A DNA stretch of 64,000 bases from Spironucleus salmonicida (lineage: Eukaryota). Each line of letters starts with the position of its first letter. Within the stretch, counting starts at the first letter, position 1. Shown here piece by piece: positions 23,697 to 36,143 of the stretch. The notes under the pieces are model-generated. The model was not told the origin of the DNA and did no database searches. It saw nothing but the letters and a program-made list of their open reading frames with translations. The stretch spans positions 569,797-633,796 of the forward strand of contig NC_090597.1 of assembly GCF_000497125.1 (NCBI RefSeq), read 5' to 3'. Both the position numbers and the translations under genes were made by a program.

Positions 23697-25247
23697 TCAT
23701 ATTTGGTTGACAATAACTTCATCTTTAATAGCATATTATTCAGATTTAGATTTTTTGATAAACCAAAATACTCCTCCAGAAATAAGTCCTAAGATAATTA
23801 ACACTGTTATTACTATACCTGTGATAGCCGCTCCAGATAAAGCTTAGTTTGACGATTCTTCAGCAGTAAAAAAGCAGTGACTACCAATTTAAGTGGCGCC
23901 CTTCACGCATTCTTAACACTAATTTTGTTTGAGCTGATATCCTTAGAGACAAGTGTCGCAGCTATTAACATCGGAACTGCAAGTTAAACAATTTTTAGCC
24001 CTATTACATTTACACTCAGTAATCTAATTGCTGCCACCACAAAGAGAAGGAGAGCCTTATAAGCAAACTTATCCAATAGTTAATGCAATAATACAATTAG
24101 GTTAGCAGGTTTAGTATATTGACATTTCATATCCAGAGGTGCAGGAATCACAAGTATTTATGCTGTGCGAGCAACTACCACAACTTTCGTGACATTTTAA
24201 ACATAATTTATTAACCATAGTAAATCCAACTGCACAATCTGAACAAGTTCCTTATACTCCGATTTAATACCCAGTTACACATGTAGAACATTTCAAACCT
24301 TTGTTATTTTCACATGTAGAACAGTTCTAAGCATCTCCACATTAACATTAAATAGCCATACCGTTAGTGCATTTCTTACAAGTATTGTCTAATAAATATA
24401 ACCCGTTATCACATTTAATACACTATTCTTTTGCGATTCCGCAGTCTATGCATCCATCTGCGTTACATTTCTCGCAAATAACTTAGTCTCCCTTTATAGT
24501 CTTTTTGTATCCTATTTCACATTCATTACAGCTTGTGGCATTAACGTTCTGTTTTATATAGCCTTTCTAACAGGTATCACACGCCTTTTTTAGTAATCCT
24601 CGGCATGTAGCACAGTTCTATGCTAATTCACACTGACATTTGTTTTCCATATTAGCAACACATTCACCACATGTATTGTTTAATAGAAATAACCCGTTAT
24701 CACATTTAATACACTATTCTTTTTGGATTCCACAATCTACGCATCCATCTGCGTTACATTTCTCACAAATAACTTAGTCTCCCTTTAAAGTCTTTTTGTA
24801 TCCTATTTCACACCCATTGCATGTTGAATCTTATTCATTTAATTTTAAGTAACCTTTCAAACATATATTGCACACATCTTTTATATCCCCTCCACATGTG
24901 GCACAATTTTAAGCAGCACCACAAGTACATTATATGTTGTTTTTGGCATCACAGAGAATACATTTTTTATTTAGAAATTAATATCCATTAATGCACTTTT
25001 CGCAAGAAGAAGTATCAGCATTACATATAGAACATCCAAGAATGTGGCATTTAGAGCAATATCCTGAAGATAAGTACATTCCAGGAGGACATGATGCGCA
25101 ATCATAATTTGAAGAATCGCAGGTCGAACAAACTGCGTTATTTTTACATTAACATTTTTCAATTTAATTAATCTTGCATGGCTCGCAAGTTTTAGTCACT
25201 AGGTTGCAATAAGTGCCATTATAACATTATTATGGACAGCTGTTCAT
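23697..25247 (-). CDS. cysteine-rich membrane protein (CRMP), 516 aa
   Basis: MNSCPQQCYNGTYC..., CXXC repeats, ALSGAAITGIVITVLIILGLISGGVFWFIKKSK; internal duplication with 291-bp offset (~24400-24530 vs ~24690-24820). Confidence 0.85.
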
Positions 25248-26145
25248 TAATAAGGAAAGTAAAGTTTTAATTAATTATAATACAAATTTACCTTACTTTA
25301 GCAGTTTTTTCGGGTTTACTTAAAACACATATATAATTTATATACCATATAAGCACCTTTTAAAAACATAAACTCTAATTATAGCAAAAATATCACTAAT
25401 CCAGCAGTGGACGGTAAATAAATCTTATTTTCACAAATATTTATGTTGCACAACTTACGGAAATAAAAGGTATTTTTTTTAAATCTAAAGATTATACAAC
25501 AGCAATTATAGCTAACCCACACTTAATTACCCTAGCGAGTAAATTAATGAATATTTTATACTACCCCGAAATGAATAATTATTATATTATAATATCAATA
25601 TTATGAATAAAATACTATGCAGCAAACCCGCTGTAGAAAACTTTCCTGCAGGCCAGGCGTAAATTCGCCTTCCTATTTTTCATTTTCCTGCATTTACAGC
25701 CGCCAGCTAGCAGCATTTTAATTCTTTGACGTCCCACACTTCAAATTTCCCCCGCCCAAGCAGCGCAACATGTACCAGTCTCATAGCCTTCGTAGCATGA
25801 TGCATTAACCATACTGAGCTACTGCTGCAGCTAAATTTTTGTTAGTTATCCGATTCGCTTTATTTCCCCTATTTGTTGCCATGATTCCCCATTTCCAGAC
25901 CCACACCCACCCGCAACTGCTGATCGCCTTTCCAGCATCATGCTGCATGCCGCATGCTTGCGAATGTGCAACTGTCCAAATGCAGCTCTTCAAATCTACT
26001 TAATAATACCATGTACATTCGTTAGATTACTGTTTAAATCAAATTACTACTTACATTAAATTACTGTTTAAATTCAATTAAATATAATATAATTATAATT
26101 AACTCCCCTCCCCTCCTAATTTAACCGCTCCCGCTCCTAATCGCC

Positions 26146-28275
26146 TCACTCAAACGCCCCGCCGTCCAAACCGTCACCATCGCCCTCCCCGTAATTCTCT
26201 CCTTCGCCCTCCTCCATCAAGTCGTACATAACCCGGCAAAAACGGTCCCATGCGCACTTCTCGGGCGCGCTCGCCACGTACTTGATGCTGTAGGGGTCCT
26301 TGACCTCAAATTGCGCCAATTTCTGGAAATTGACCATCGCGTTGAAGAAGTTGCCCGCCAGACACGATTTCTTTATCGCCTGGAGCGAGAGTTTCTGCGC
26401 ACCCCGCCGCGACGCCGAAACGTGATTCGCAGCGTCCATGAGCTGGCAGAACATGTCCTCAGCCGCCTTGACCTCCCTAAAGTGCGATTTCGAGTAGAAA
26501 ACCATCTCGTCGTAAAACGCCCTGAAATCGCTAAAATTGATGTAGCCGTCGCCATCCAAATCGCACAGCGCGAAGAAGTACTCAATCGCGTAATTCTGGT
26601 CCTTGTCCTCCTCGCAGAGCACGAACTTCACGAAGGCCTCAAAATCGTATTTCCGGCCCTCCGGGAACGCCCTGTCGATCAGAAGCGACGAGTAGACGTT
26701 GCCGCACTTGCAATTTGAATTCTAATTCGCGCAGACGCATTTGAAGCCAAACGGACAGGTGAGGCCCCCGTAGCGGCGCATGTCGGCGTTGCTTATCGCG
26801 TTGTCGTGGTCGCTGTCGACCTGCCAGAACTGGCAATAAATGACGTAAAAGTGCTCGTAGGAGAAGAATTTGAGCATTTTGTTGACGTCAGAAACGCGCG
26901 AAAGACGCCAGAATTCGACGTGCAGCGCCGCACGCTGAAAATCGCTCAGAACGAGTCCCCCGAGGCGCTGGTTATCGCTTTGGAAAACCGCGCGGATCGC
27001 GACCGTTTCGCTGTAAATGAGCTGGAAATCGGGCGTCGCACGCAAAAATTCGAGTCCCGGGTGAAATTTACAAAAGGAGTGGAAAATCAATTCGAAATTC
27101 AATTTTTCAACTTTCGTCGAACCCGGAATGGAACTCAGGGGTGATTCGTTTTTCAAATGATTGAAGTTTCGAATGCAGTTGAAAACGCGCTCAGAAGTCG
27201 GTTTTTCGGCGATGAAGTCGCTGTAAAATTGCAGAATTTGCGCCCCCAAAATTTTGCGTTTTTAGGAGTGGAAATTCTCGTTTTCAGCGCCGATTCGGAG
27301 CGATTTCGCAGTTTCTTCAAATGATATAAACTGCTCGACGCCGGAAAGGAAATTCGGGTGCAGGTGCTTGTAGCGCGTCCGGATGAGCGGGAAAAGCGAG
27401 AAAGCGAAGTAGCAGGGAACGCTGAAAATCGCCTCGCAAATCATGAAAAATGCAGGGCAGAGGACTTGCGAATTCGCGAAATTTAGGCCGAAAGTTGCGC
27501 GCAAAATGTCGTTCGTAGCGTTCTGGGAGTCGATTTGGGACTTGTTAACGAGCGAATAAATGTCGCCCCACTGATTCTGGAGCGGGACGCTGAAAGCGTT
27601 CGAAATAGCGCTTTTCTGGTCGATTATGAAGGCGTAGAGCGCCGGATTCATCGCCTGGATCGCTGCGGGGTCCAGGCAGTCGCTGAACGTGATTCCGGTG
27701 GGGAAAATTTAGAAAATGAGGTCCAGGAGCTCGCGCTCGCGCAGCGTGCGTTTTAGGCAGTTTTCGCACGATATGAGGGCTTTACGGCCGCAAAAAGTCG
27801 GATCGAAGCAGAAGCGCTTCGTGAGCGGCAGGATCTCCTCCACCTGCGACGACGAGACGTCCTGCAGCGGGTTTTCCAGGTGCAGCGGGTTGTCTAGGGA
27901 GTCGATTTCGGGCAGGTAGTTCTGCAGCATAAGCGAGGGCGAGCGGGGCGCTGGGGACGTCAGAATTCGGTGGGGGTCCTGCTGGGTCGGGTTTTGGGGC
28001 GTCGGGGAGCACTGGGGATTCGGGGACGCAAAACGCTCCTGCGGTAGCGGCTGCTGGACGCCGTCTATCACCTGCTCCAGCGCTTCAGAGATTTGGAGCT
28101 GGTAGAACGGCGACGAGGCTGCGGGCGAGGCCAGGGCGCGCGTGAGCGTTTGCGAGACGTGTTCTGACGCGTTTTGGGCCTCTATCATTGCAGTCTGCAG
28201 GATCAGCTGCGGCGAGGGTGCGTTTAACGGGGTGCATTTTGGGGACGCTTTGGGCTTCCGTGTGGGGGTGTGCAT
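26146..28275 (-). CDS. PP2A regulatory subunit B'' (PR72/PPP2R3 family, EF-hand), 709 aa
   Basis: Four same-frame ORF pieces joined by TAR. Signatures FHPGLEFL, FSYEHFYVIYCQFWQVDSDHD, IEYFFALCDLDGDGYI, LAGNFFNAMVN, AWDRFC. Confidence 0.92.
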
Positions 28276-28597
28276 TTAGTGGATTTTGGAGCGAAATCCG
28301 AACTCAGGACGGAAAAATATATTAATTATATATATTAAATAATGTGATTTATTAATTTTTTGGTATTTTAATATACAAAAAGGAAGGTGATAAATTTTGA
28401 ATGGTAAACCGAAAAAACTGAAATTTAGGAAAAGGGGGAGTGGGGGAAAATACTAAAGATGTTGGTGGGTTTGCTAATTCGAGTTTAACGGTCGAAATAA
28501 TGACTAAAATTGATTTATTCAAGTGGTATGTAGAGCGGATTGGTAGGATTTGAAAGTTTTGAGCAACTATAGAAGTTTACAAAATTGTAGGAAAATA

Positions 28598-29383
28598 ATG
28601 TATTTTTTGCATTATACTAGTTATAATAGTAATAAAATTCACAGGATTCACAAAGATATTTATGTTTAGATAAAGTTCGTTTCAAAATATAGCGATAGAA
28701 ATACGGTGTTTGTTGAGAATAGTTGGGAATTTTACCAATATGGAGATAACACGGGCCGAATTAGATTTTATTAAATTTATATAGAATAAACTTTTACAGG
28801 TAGTTCTGTATTATTAATCCATATTCAATAAATATCACAATTAAAAAATACTTTGTATTTGATATAATAACGATATTTACCTTGTTCCCCACTGCACAAA
28901 AAGCTGATCACGCAGTCCAAATTTTCCAACAGAGGCAAGTTCCAGTAGCTAACTGTTAACGACCAGCAGTATTCTCTGACCGTCCATAAAATCTTCAAGC
29001 CGAGAAAATTTTTGCTGCGGCGTAACGACTATGTTGTGTCTAATCAGAGCCTCTACCAGGTGTAGTCTGACATAACTATGCCTACACTGACACCTGGATT
29101 TTCCTACAAGAAGCTCAATCAGCAAAAAGTATCTGTTGTAAAGTTTGAGTAGCCTGGAACTAGCCTGTTCTTCCCGTCTGCACTTCCCGAGCTGATCAGA
29201 ATAGGCGACATCGCACACTTTACGGACATCTTCGAACCCGTGGGAGCCGACGTCGAGCAGGCAGGGGTGCTCCTATCCATGCATGCCGTTTAGCTGCTTC
29301 AGAGCGGTGTGAACGAGAACCTTGTAGTGCCTAAAGCCCTCAAAGTAGAGAAGGAAAATATAGTTGGAAAGCTTGCACTTTGA
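28598..29383 (+). CDS. hypothetical ORF, ~261 aa, in frame with the downstream gene and closed by a single TGA
   Basis: Open frame (TAR=Gln) with coding-like codon usage over about 28870-29380; start uncertain. Confidence 0.4.
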
Positions 29384-29446
29384 TTTGCTGTTTCCCAGTT
29401 ATCTCCGGGGAACGTACTCCCGGCCTGTAGCTAGCCAGATAGCTAA

Positions 29447-32400
29447 ATGGGTGACCTCAAAAAAGCTATAATTGATCTCGACTATCCTCGCATTAAAGTT
29501 CTAATTTCAAATATAAAAACTTTCAATTCCCTGGAGTTGCAGTAATTACAAGAGCAGAACTGGATACTCGACGCTTTCAAGGATAACATGGTCGGCAAGT
29601 ACGAAAGCTACTGCAAGGAGGCCATGGATATCTGCCTCAGCTTCGAGAAAGACAGCATGTTTGAGCAGCTCAAATATACGCAAATTGCTTTAAAGTTTAA
29701 GGAAAGCCAACCCAATTCGCTGCCATTCAGAAGCATGCTCAATTTGAGCCTGGACGATCATCGCTAGCTGGTCTAGGTAGATATTAGGGTTCCTGAAATT
29801 TTCAACCAGTTTTGCGTAAAGTTAAGCTTTTAGTCGCGCAAGATAAGCTGTTCGGCGCCTTCCCCGCAAAAAGATCTCCAGATGCTCCAGAATGCCTATC
29901 AGACCAAAAACCAAAATTTCGTTAAGCAGGCGCTTGCAAAGATTAGCATCATGAACGTCCAAATGCGCGAGTTGGTAAAGTGCTTTTAGAGCTCCAATCT
30001 GCAGGAGAAAGACATAAAGGCCGTTTTCACTTCGAGCTCGCTATTGTCTTAATTCTGCGCTTCGATAACCCCTTTAGAGGTGGGAGCGTTCTTCGGTTCT
30101 CGCGGGATCGTCGATAAGCTCTAAGATATTGAGCTAGACGCTAAGTAGCTGGATAATGTACGCCAGCGCATAGCATTTAGCGCAGCATGCAATCTTAAGG
30201 ATGACGTCGACCTCTTCAAGTTCTACTTAGAACGAGTGGATTACAAGCAGATAAACTACTAAGAGCTAGCAACCACCAGCTTCATCGCGTTGAACAAAAA
30301 AGTATACGCCTACCTGATACAAAAGCACAAAGTTAACCTGAGCTTCACACCAGAGCAGCGCTCTATGCTCACCGCGCATCACGTTGATTTGTTGCTCCAA
30401 ATGGGCTATTGCACCGCAACTGCGCTGTCTGGCATGCTGGACATTCTCCCAGAGGCCAAAGTTTTCGAAATTCTGCAAATCGCCATTCTGGACGGAAATT
30501 ACAAACTGTACGAAAACGACCTTTTGACTCAGCTCCTAATCCGCGGAAACACACGGTCCAGCGACCTGATACTCACCTCAGGCTACTCTTTCCAAAATTC
30601 CAATTTTGATTATTCTGCCATGCGATTTTTCAGCGACCAGATAGTGCACAGACTGACTTAAATAATCCAAAAGTAAGTTTCGTAAAATGTTTAAGCATGT
30701 TAAGTTGGTTTTGTTGACTAGCTCGTATGCGGCCTGGTGCAGGAAGGTAGACTCGAACTCCTCAAAGCTGTTTTCGACACATTCTTCGCTAATTTGCACC
30801 TCGAAAGTCAGCTCAACGTTGTGGATCTAGTAAATGCCTGGCTAACACTAAACAAGAAGGACGACTTAACTTTCCAAGTGCTCATAGACTCGCTAAAATC
30901 GATTTCCGACGCCCTCAAAATCAGTCTTATCACCGACGCCACGGCCTCCAAAATTTTGCTAAAATTCGCAAAAATCTCACAGTAGCTGCCAACAGAAATA
31001 CAGCAGACCCTGCTGACTCTCTCAAGCGGTCCATACGCGATCCTTAACGGACTGTGTCCTTCAGATTACACGCATTTGCTTTTTGCGCGCACAATTTGCG
31101 AAAGCATCACTGTGTTTGATTGCGAAATAGCGCCATTTTTGTGTTCTATTGCTAGAAACATGGGCGACCAAAACTCGCCCTGCCACAACTAGTGTTAGCA
31201 AGATATAAGGAAAACGTAAGGCCAGATACTCGATTTGCTGTTCAAGGATGCAAAAATTTTTGGCGTGCAAGTCAAAGGAGATATGTTCTTATCGGATGTT
31301 TTGGCGGAAAACGCATACAAATTTACAGTTTCCTAGATTGACATTCTAATCGCTAACTATCGTCCAAGACATAGCGAAAGAGCTGTTTGCGCTCCTTTGC
31401 CAGAAAATCAGCTCGCAAAGCTGCAATCTGACATAGAGGAGTTTTATTTAGCGAAATCCCCTCAAATTCAGCTTTAAAGCACCTCATCTAGCACCGTAAG
31501 TAAGACTTTTACCGTCCGCGCGAATTTCTATCTGCTGGAAAAAGTTGTAAAAAGCTCTGCTGAGTTGCAGCTGACAAGCAGCGACATCTTTTCCATTTTC
31601 AATTCTATACAGCTATCGTAGCCATCCGAAGCCGTGAAACTCGCAAATACTCTTCTGCAGCTCAAATTTACGAGCTACTCAGTCGCCGTTCAGGGCTTTG
31701 CGCGTAATTCTTCTCAGCTACTCATTGCTCTAATTCAGCACCTGAAGACCATGTTGAAGACGAAGTTTTACGACCTCATGATGGAGAATTCGCACACCGA
31801 TTACTTATTTTTTATAGTTGCAAATTAGCTGCAGCGCGACGACGTGGTCATATTCCTGCAGTTGTTTTCTGACGCCCAACTGAGCATTCTAAAGGCGTTG
31901 AAGTCAAAAGGCGGCAAAATTTTGTTCGAGGAGCTGCTGCAGCGCTCTCCCAGCCCCGTTTACGAGCTTTTCTTGGAGGGGGCCATCAATAAAAATCTGG
32001 ACACCTGCGCGCATATTGTGCTCAGAGATGGGAGAGATAGGAGAGAAGTGGAGCAGACAGCGAGTTCGAGATAATAGAATGTACATTAAATGCCATAAAG
32101 TACTCAAATCAGCTAGAAGTAGGTCCTGGAGGCCGTGCAAAAGCACACCGCATTAGCCCCCGCAATGCTGCTGCTCAACGCGCAGGGGCTCTCGCCAGTT
32201 CATTATATCACCTCCCTTCCAGCGTTCGAATTTTTAGTCTAACAGGGCGTGGACCTGAAGCTTATCGACGCCGGGACGTCGCTTTTCGCGCTGATGGAGC
32301 ATTTGGACTTCGAGGTCGTTTGGTTTCTGGCCGATCAGGGCGCTGAGGTAAGTCGAGTTTCCGCTCCTCTCCCTTCCACCCCTTCCTTTTCCGCTCCACC

Positions 32401-34354
32401 CCTTTCTCGCTTTTTAACTACCTTCAATTTGACGCAAATAACGCAACTTTGCGACTCAAACCTCATCACTACGCTCCAGCTAACGCAGGAAATCCTGCGA
32501 ATTAACAGCCGCCGAGAAATGGCAAAATTCAAGAATTTCCTCTGCAGAGAATTCATCTTTTAAGACTTTTAGACCGCGAAATTGTTCGCGATCTCGCTCG
32601 TAAACGACTGGTTTTTCGAAACGGATTTGGTGAAATTGAGCGAATTTGCGATCAAATTCGGCCTTTTTCAGCATAAAAATTTGTTTGAAGATCTTAAATA
32701 AATCGTTGAGTTTAACCCTCGGATGGTGACCGTTTGCGAGCGTGCTAATTATATACTTTGCGACGAGGACAAATTGAAGCTTATTCAGTTAATTAACATT
32801 TACGGAAATGATCGGTACGGTTTGGATAAGTTTGTGTGTAAATTCACGTATTTTCATGCTATTTAGAGGGTTTGTATTGCGCTTCTAGGAAATTAACACA
32901 AATGCGTTGGAGAGCAGATTGAGGTGCTTTAAGCGGCTTTAGGGTACTATAATGACAATATGAAGGCGTTATAATACGTTATTAACGCGTTTTCGTTCAC
33001 TACGATTTTGCAGTGTTTTGAGGTAATTTCAACGTTTTTCAAGGAGTAGGTTACGGATTAAATGCTGGTTTCGGCTTAAATCGACGGGATGAACGTTTTA
33101 GAGTATGTCGAAAATCGTCTTATCATAAAAACTGGGACTTAGCAGTTTGGAGAATTTGTGGAGCGGCTTAGGTCGCTTATGAAGTGTAAAAATGCTGAAA
33201 AATTAGTTATTAGGTAACCGAAAGTGCAGAAACTCGAAACTCCGGCGTTTTTTTCAGAGGTTTCTCCTACTATTGTAAAAGCAGCAAATCCGGTGCAGTT
33301 TTAGAACAACTTTTCTCACTGTCAGGGGTTAGTTGTCTATAACTAAGTGCCGCTTTCTCTTGTCTTTATTCGTCAAATTTCTCAAAGCAAGGTTTAGTAT
33401 CACCAGTATAGGCTAGAATATGGCTCCGTTAGTTAATTTAAGTTGAGCACATATCATGATAATCTATAGATAAGAGATTCTTTAGATTTAAGCGAGCTAT
33501 AGTAGTTTTAAAGGAAAAAGAGATATTAGTAGCAGTTTAGCGACATTGATAGCGCATATAAAGAATTTTCGAGGCTGATTAAAAATAAATTCTCAGCTGA
33601 GATTGTCAATCAGCGTCTGGTTTGTAGGGATATCAATATCGCATCCGTCGTCCTTTTCAGTTAAGATGTGGTCAATTTGGAAGATTTTTAAAATTTAATA
33701 ACAAGCTGCAAGAACGTCTTGAACTCGAGCCCGGCGTCTAGTTTGACGGAACTTTTAAATTATGCTATGAACGAAAAACTAGATTGCAGGAATATTGTTG
33801 CCTTTAATGACAGCGCAGATTTTACTAATATGTCTCCCCAAGAGCTCCAGTAACATTTCCTCAGCACCTACTAGATCTACTACCCATTAAATCATATAAA
33901 AGATAACTAATAAGTTGTTTTAAACTATCGTGAGCTCCTACTTTAGCAGCTAAACGTTAATCTTTAGTTCGCCAATTTCTTTATAGCGCGCAAACTGCTT
34001 GATATTGCGGCTCTAGTAAATTTGCTTGGATATGAGCTCAGCGCGAGCTTCCTCTTCTAGAGCAATGTGCCAGTACGCTTGATTTTAAAGGCACCGCTTA
34101 TTGAGAAATGCGAAGTAAACTAACCATGCGAGCTGATTTCTGGTAACAATTCTCACAGAACGTACCACACGAATTTCGTTGTGCAGGGCACGTTCTTTTG
34201 GCTCGAGAGCATGAACAGCAAGAGCCTGCGTGCGGAGCCGTATAGCGATTACAAGTACGTGTACAGCAACAACGAGATCCAGCTGCAGTGGCTGGACGCG
34301 TCCGGGTACGGCAAGAACGAGGTAAGCTGCCTTGTGATGTTGAAATCAGAGTGA
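29447..34354 (+). CDS. large hypothetical protein, 1635 aa, with ankyrin-like segments and a possible degenerate WGR/PARP-like C-terminus
   Basis: Five ORF-track fragments share this frame; reads to GAG TGA at 34354. Ankyrin-like NAQGLSPVHY...FEFLVQQGVDL...EVVWFLADQGAEV near 32170-32350. Confidence 0.75.
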
Positions 34355-35282
34355 TATAACGGCGTCTGGGAAAGGATGATGTGGTATGGTATGGTATATT
34401 ATATTATGTTATGTAATATTATGTATAATAATATAATATTAAGTATAGTAGTATAATATTATATATAGTAATATTATGCGCAGTGCAGTGCAGCGATTTG
34501 TATTTTTTGTAGATGCCAAAATCTGCTTTTTGCGGCAGTTGGAACACAAAATTTTCAGACAAAAAAGTGCGAAATTGGTGGTAATTTGAGCGCCTGAAGC
34601 GGTGCAGAATTACAGGGCGAATCGGGAATTTAAGGGTCAGATGCGGATTTCGATACATCTCGCTGCAACTGAGTAGTAATTTACCAGGCGAAGCGGATGT
34701 GGACGGTCGAAAGTTGGGGAAATAGGAAGGGGGAAATATATTATTTAGTGTATAATAATGATATTAATGTAAATTTCAGTTTTTACATATTTGGTTGTAG
34801 TTAAAAATAGTGGATGGGGATCGTAGCTGATGGTAGTATTGGGGTAAAGTGGATGTGAGTTGGGTTAATAGGGAGGGGGAATATGTGTATTATTGTGAAG
34901 GGGTATTGTGGTTTTGATAAGAGAGAAATGTAAGTAAGGGTTTTTGAGAAACTTAGATGGGGGCTTGTTTTGGAATAATATGAAGGATATGTTAATAATA
35001 AGGTAGTGTGGAGTAAAATTAGTGTGAAAAAATTCATGTAATAAATATTTAGAAATTTCATGTTTCTTTCAGAGGGTAAATTCAATTAGTAATAGATGAA
35101 ATAATTAGTATAAGTTTGTAAACTCATAATAAAATCATGCAGATAACTTGTTGGGGATAGTTTTATTTGATTTGTATTAAAAATTAGTTAATGATTTTAT
35201 AGATACTACTGTAAAAATATGCTGATAGTATGTAAGTAAAGATAACAAGTAAAATGTTTTTATTTTTGATAAACAACAATAA

Positions 35283-35558
35283 TCATTAATTACCAAATAT
35301 TTGAATAATTTCGTTCAATAAATGATGTCTTGATTTCCTTTTTAGAGTATCGTCATTGACTATGAATTCTTTTATATCGTCGCAAATATCTTGTTTCTTC
35401 TCAGCTTTTTTTTAAAGATAGTAAAATTTGAATTTAATTTAATTAACAGTCAACTATGGAAAATAAATTTATTATATGTTATTCCATTATTTACCTTAAG
35501 CTTTGACAAGATTACAAAGAGTGACCTCCTCTACATCAGTCCAATGATAGTTTACCAT
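35283..35558 (-). CDS. small single-repeat Myb/SANT-like protein, 91 aa (AT-rich paralog of 3580-3861)
   Basis: Absent from the ORF track. MVNYHWTDVEEVTLCNLVKAQGKQWNNIQQIYFPQLTVNQIKFKFYYL...CDDIKEFIV...LLNEIIQIFGNQ-TGA aligns end to end with the 3.6 kb gene. Confidence 0.85.
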
Positions 35559-36143
35559 TATTAAATTTCAGTGAGAGTAATAACTATTAATATTTCTTAA
35601 TAACATGAATATGTTAAAATTAATAATTTTAATGTTTAAAAACTATAATACAAATACTCAGCAAGTTAATATATCAAAATGCGAAAATGCACTACTATAA
35701 TTATAATAATGTTTTTAAAGTAGTACATTTGAGTTAGAGTAACTAGAATATTCATTATATTTGGATATTGATAAGATAGAATATATTTGGAATAATAAAA
35801 CTAAAACACTATCCCATTAAAAACTTAATTAATAAGTATAGTATATAAATTTGAATAATATTATGTATTTAAATAGTTAATTAAATAATATTTGTTTTTT
35901 TAAGTTTTCATTTTTATACTATTATATGTATGTAATAAATCTTTATTATGTGCTCAATTTAGTTTTTAATATACTATAAAAACATATGATTACAAAAAAC
36001 ATGAAGTAAGTAACTTATGCTAACTAATGTAATATATTATATAAACACATATAGGCAATTATTGGATCTTTAAAAATTACATTCGTTTATAACTGCATTA
36101 AATTTACTATTGAAGTTTTAAAATATCTTCCCATTCCTCATAA

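Noticed and set aside
25620-25993. Possible Myb-like remnant (LAAAVAQYG) on the minus strand
   Set aside because: No conserved Trp residues and the frame closes soon after; too little evidence.
34380-35100. Strand-skewed G/T-rich and AT-repeat intergenic DNA (similar at 43140-43400)
   Set aside because: Low-complexity spacer without a regular telomeric unit or convincing ORF.
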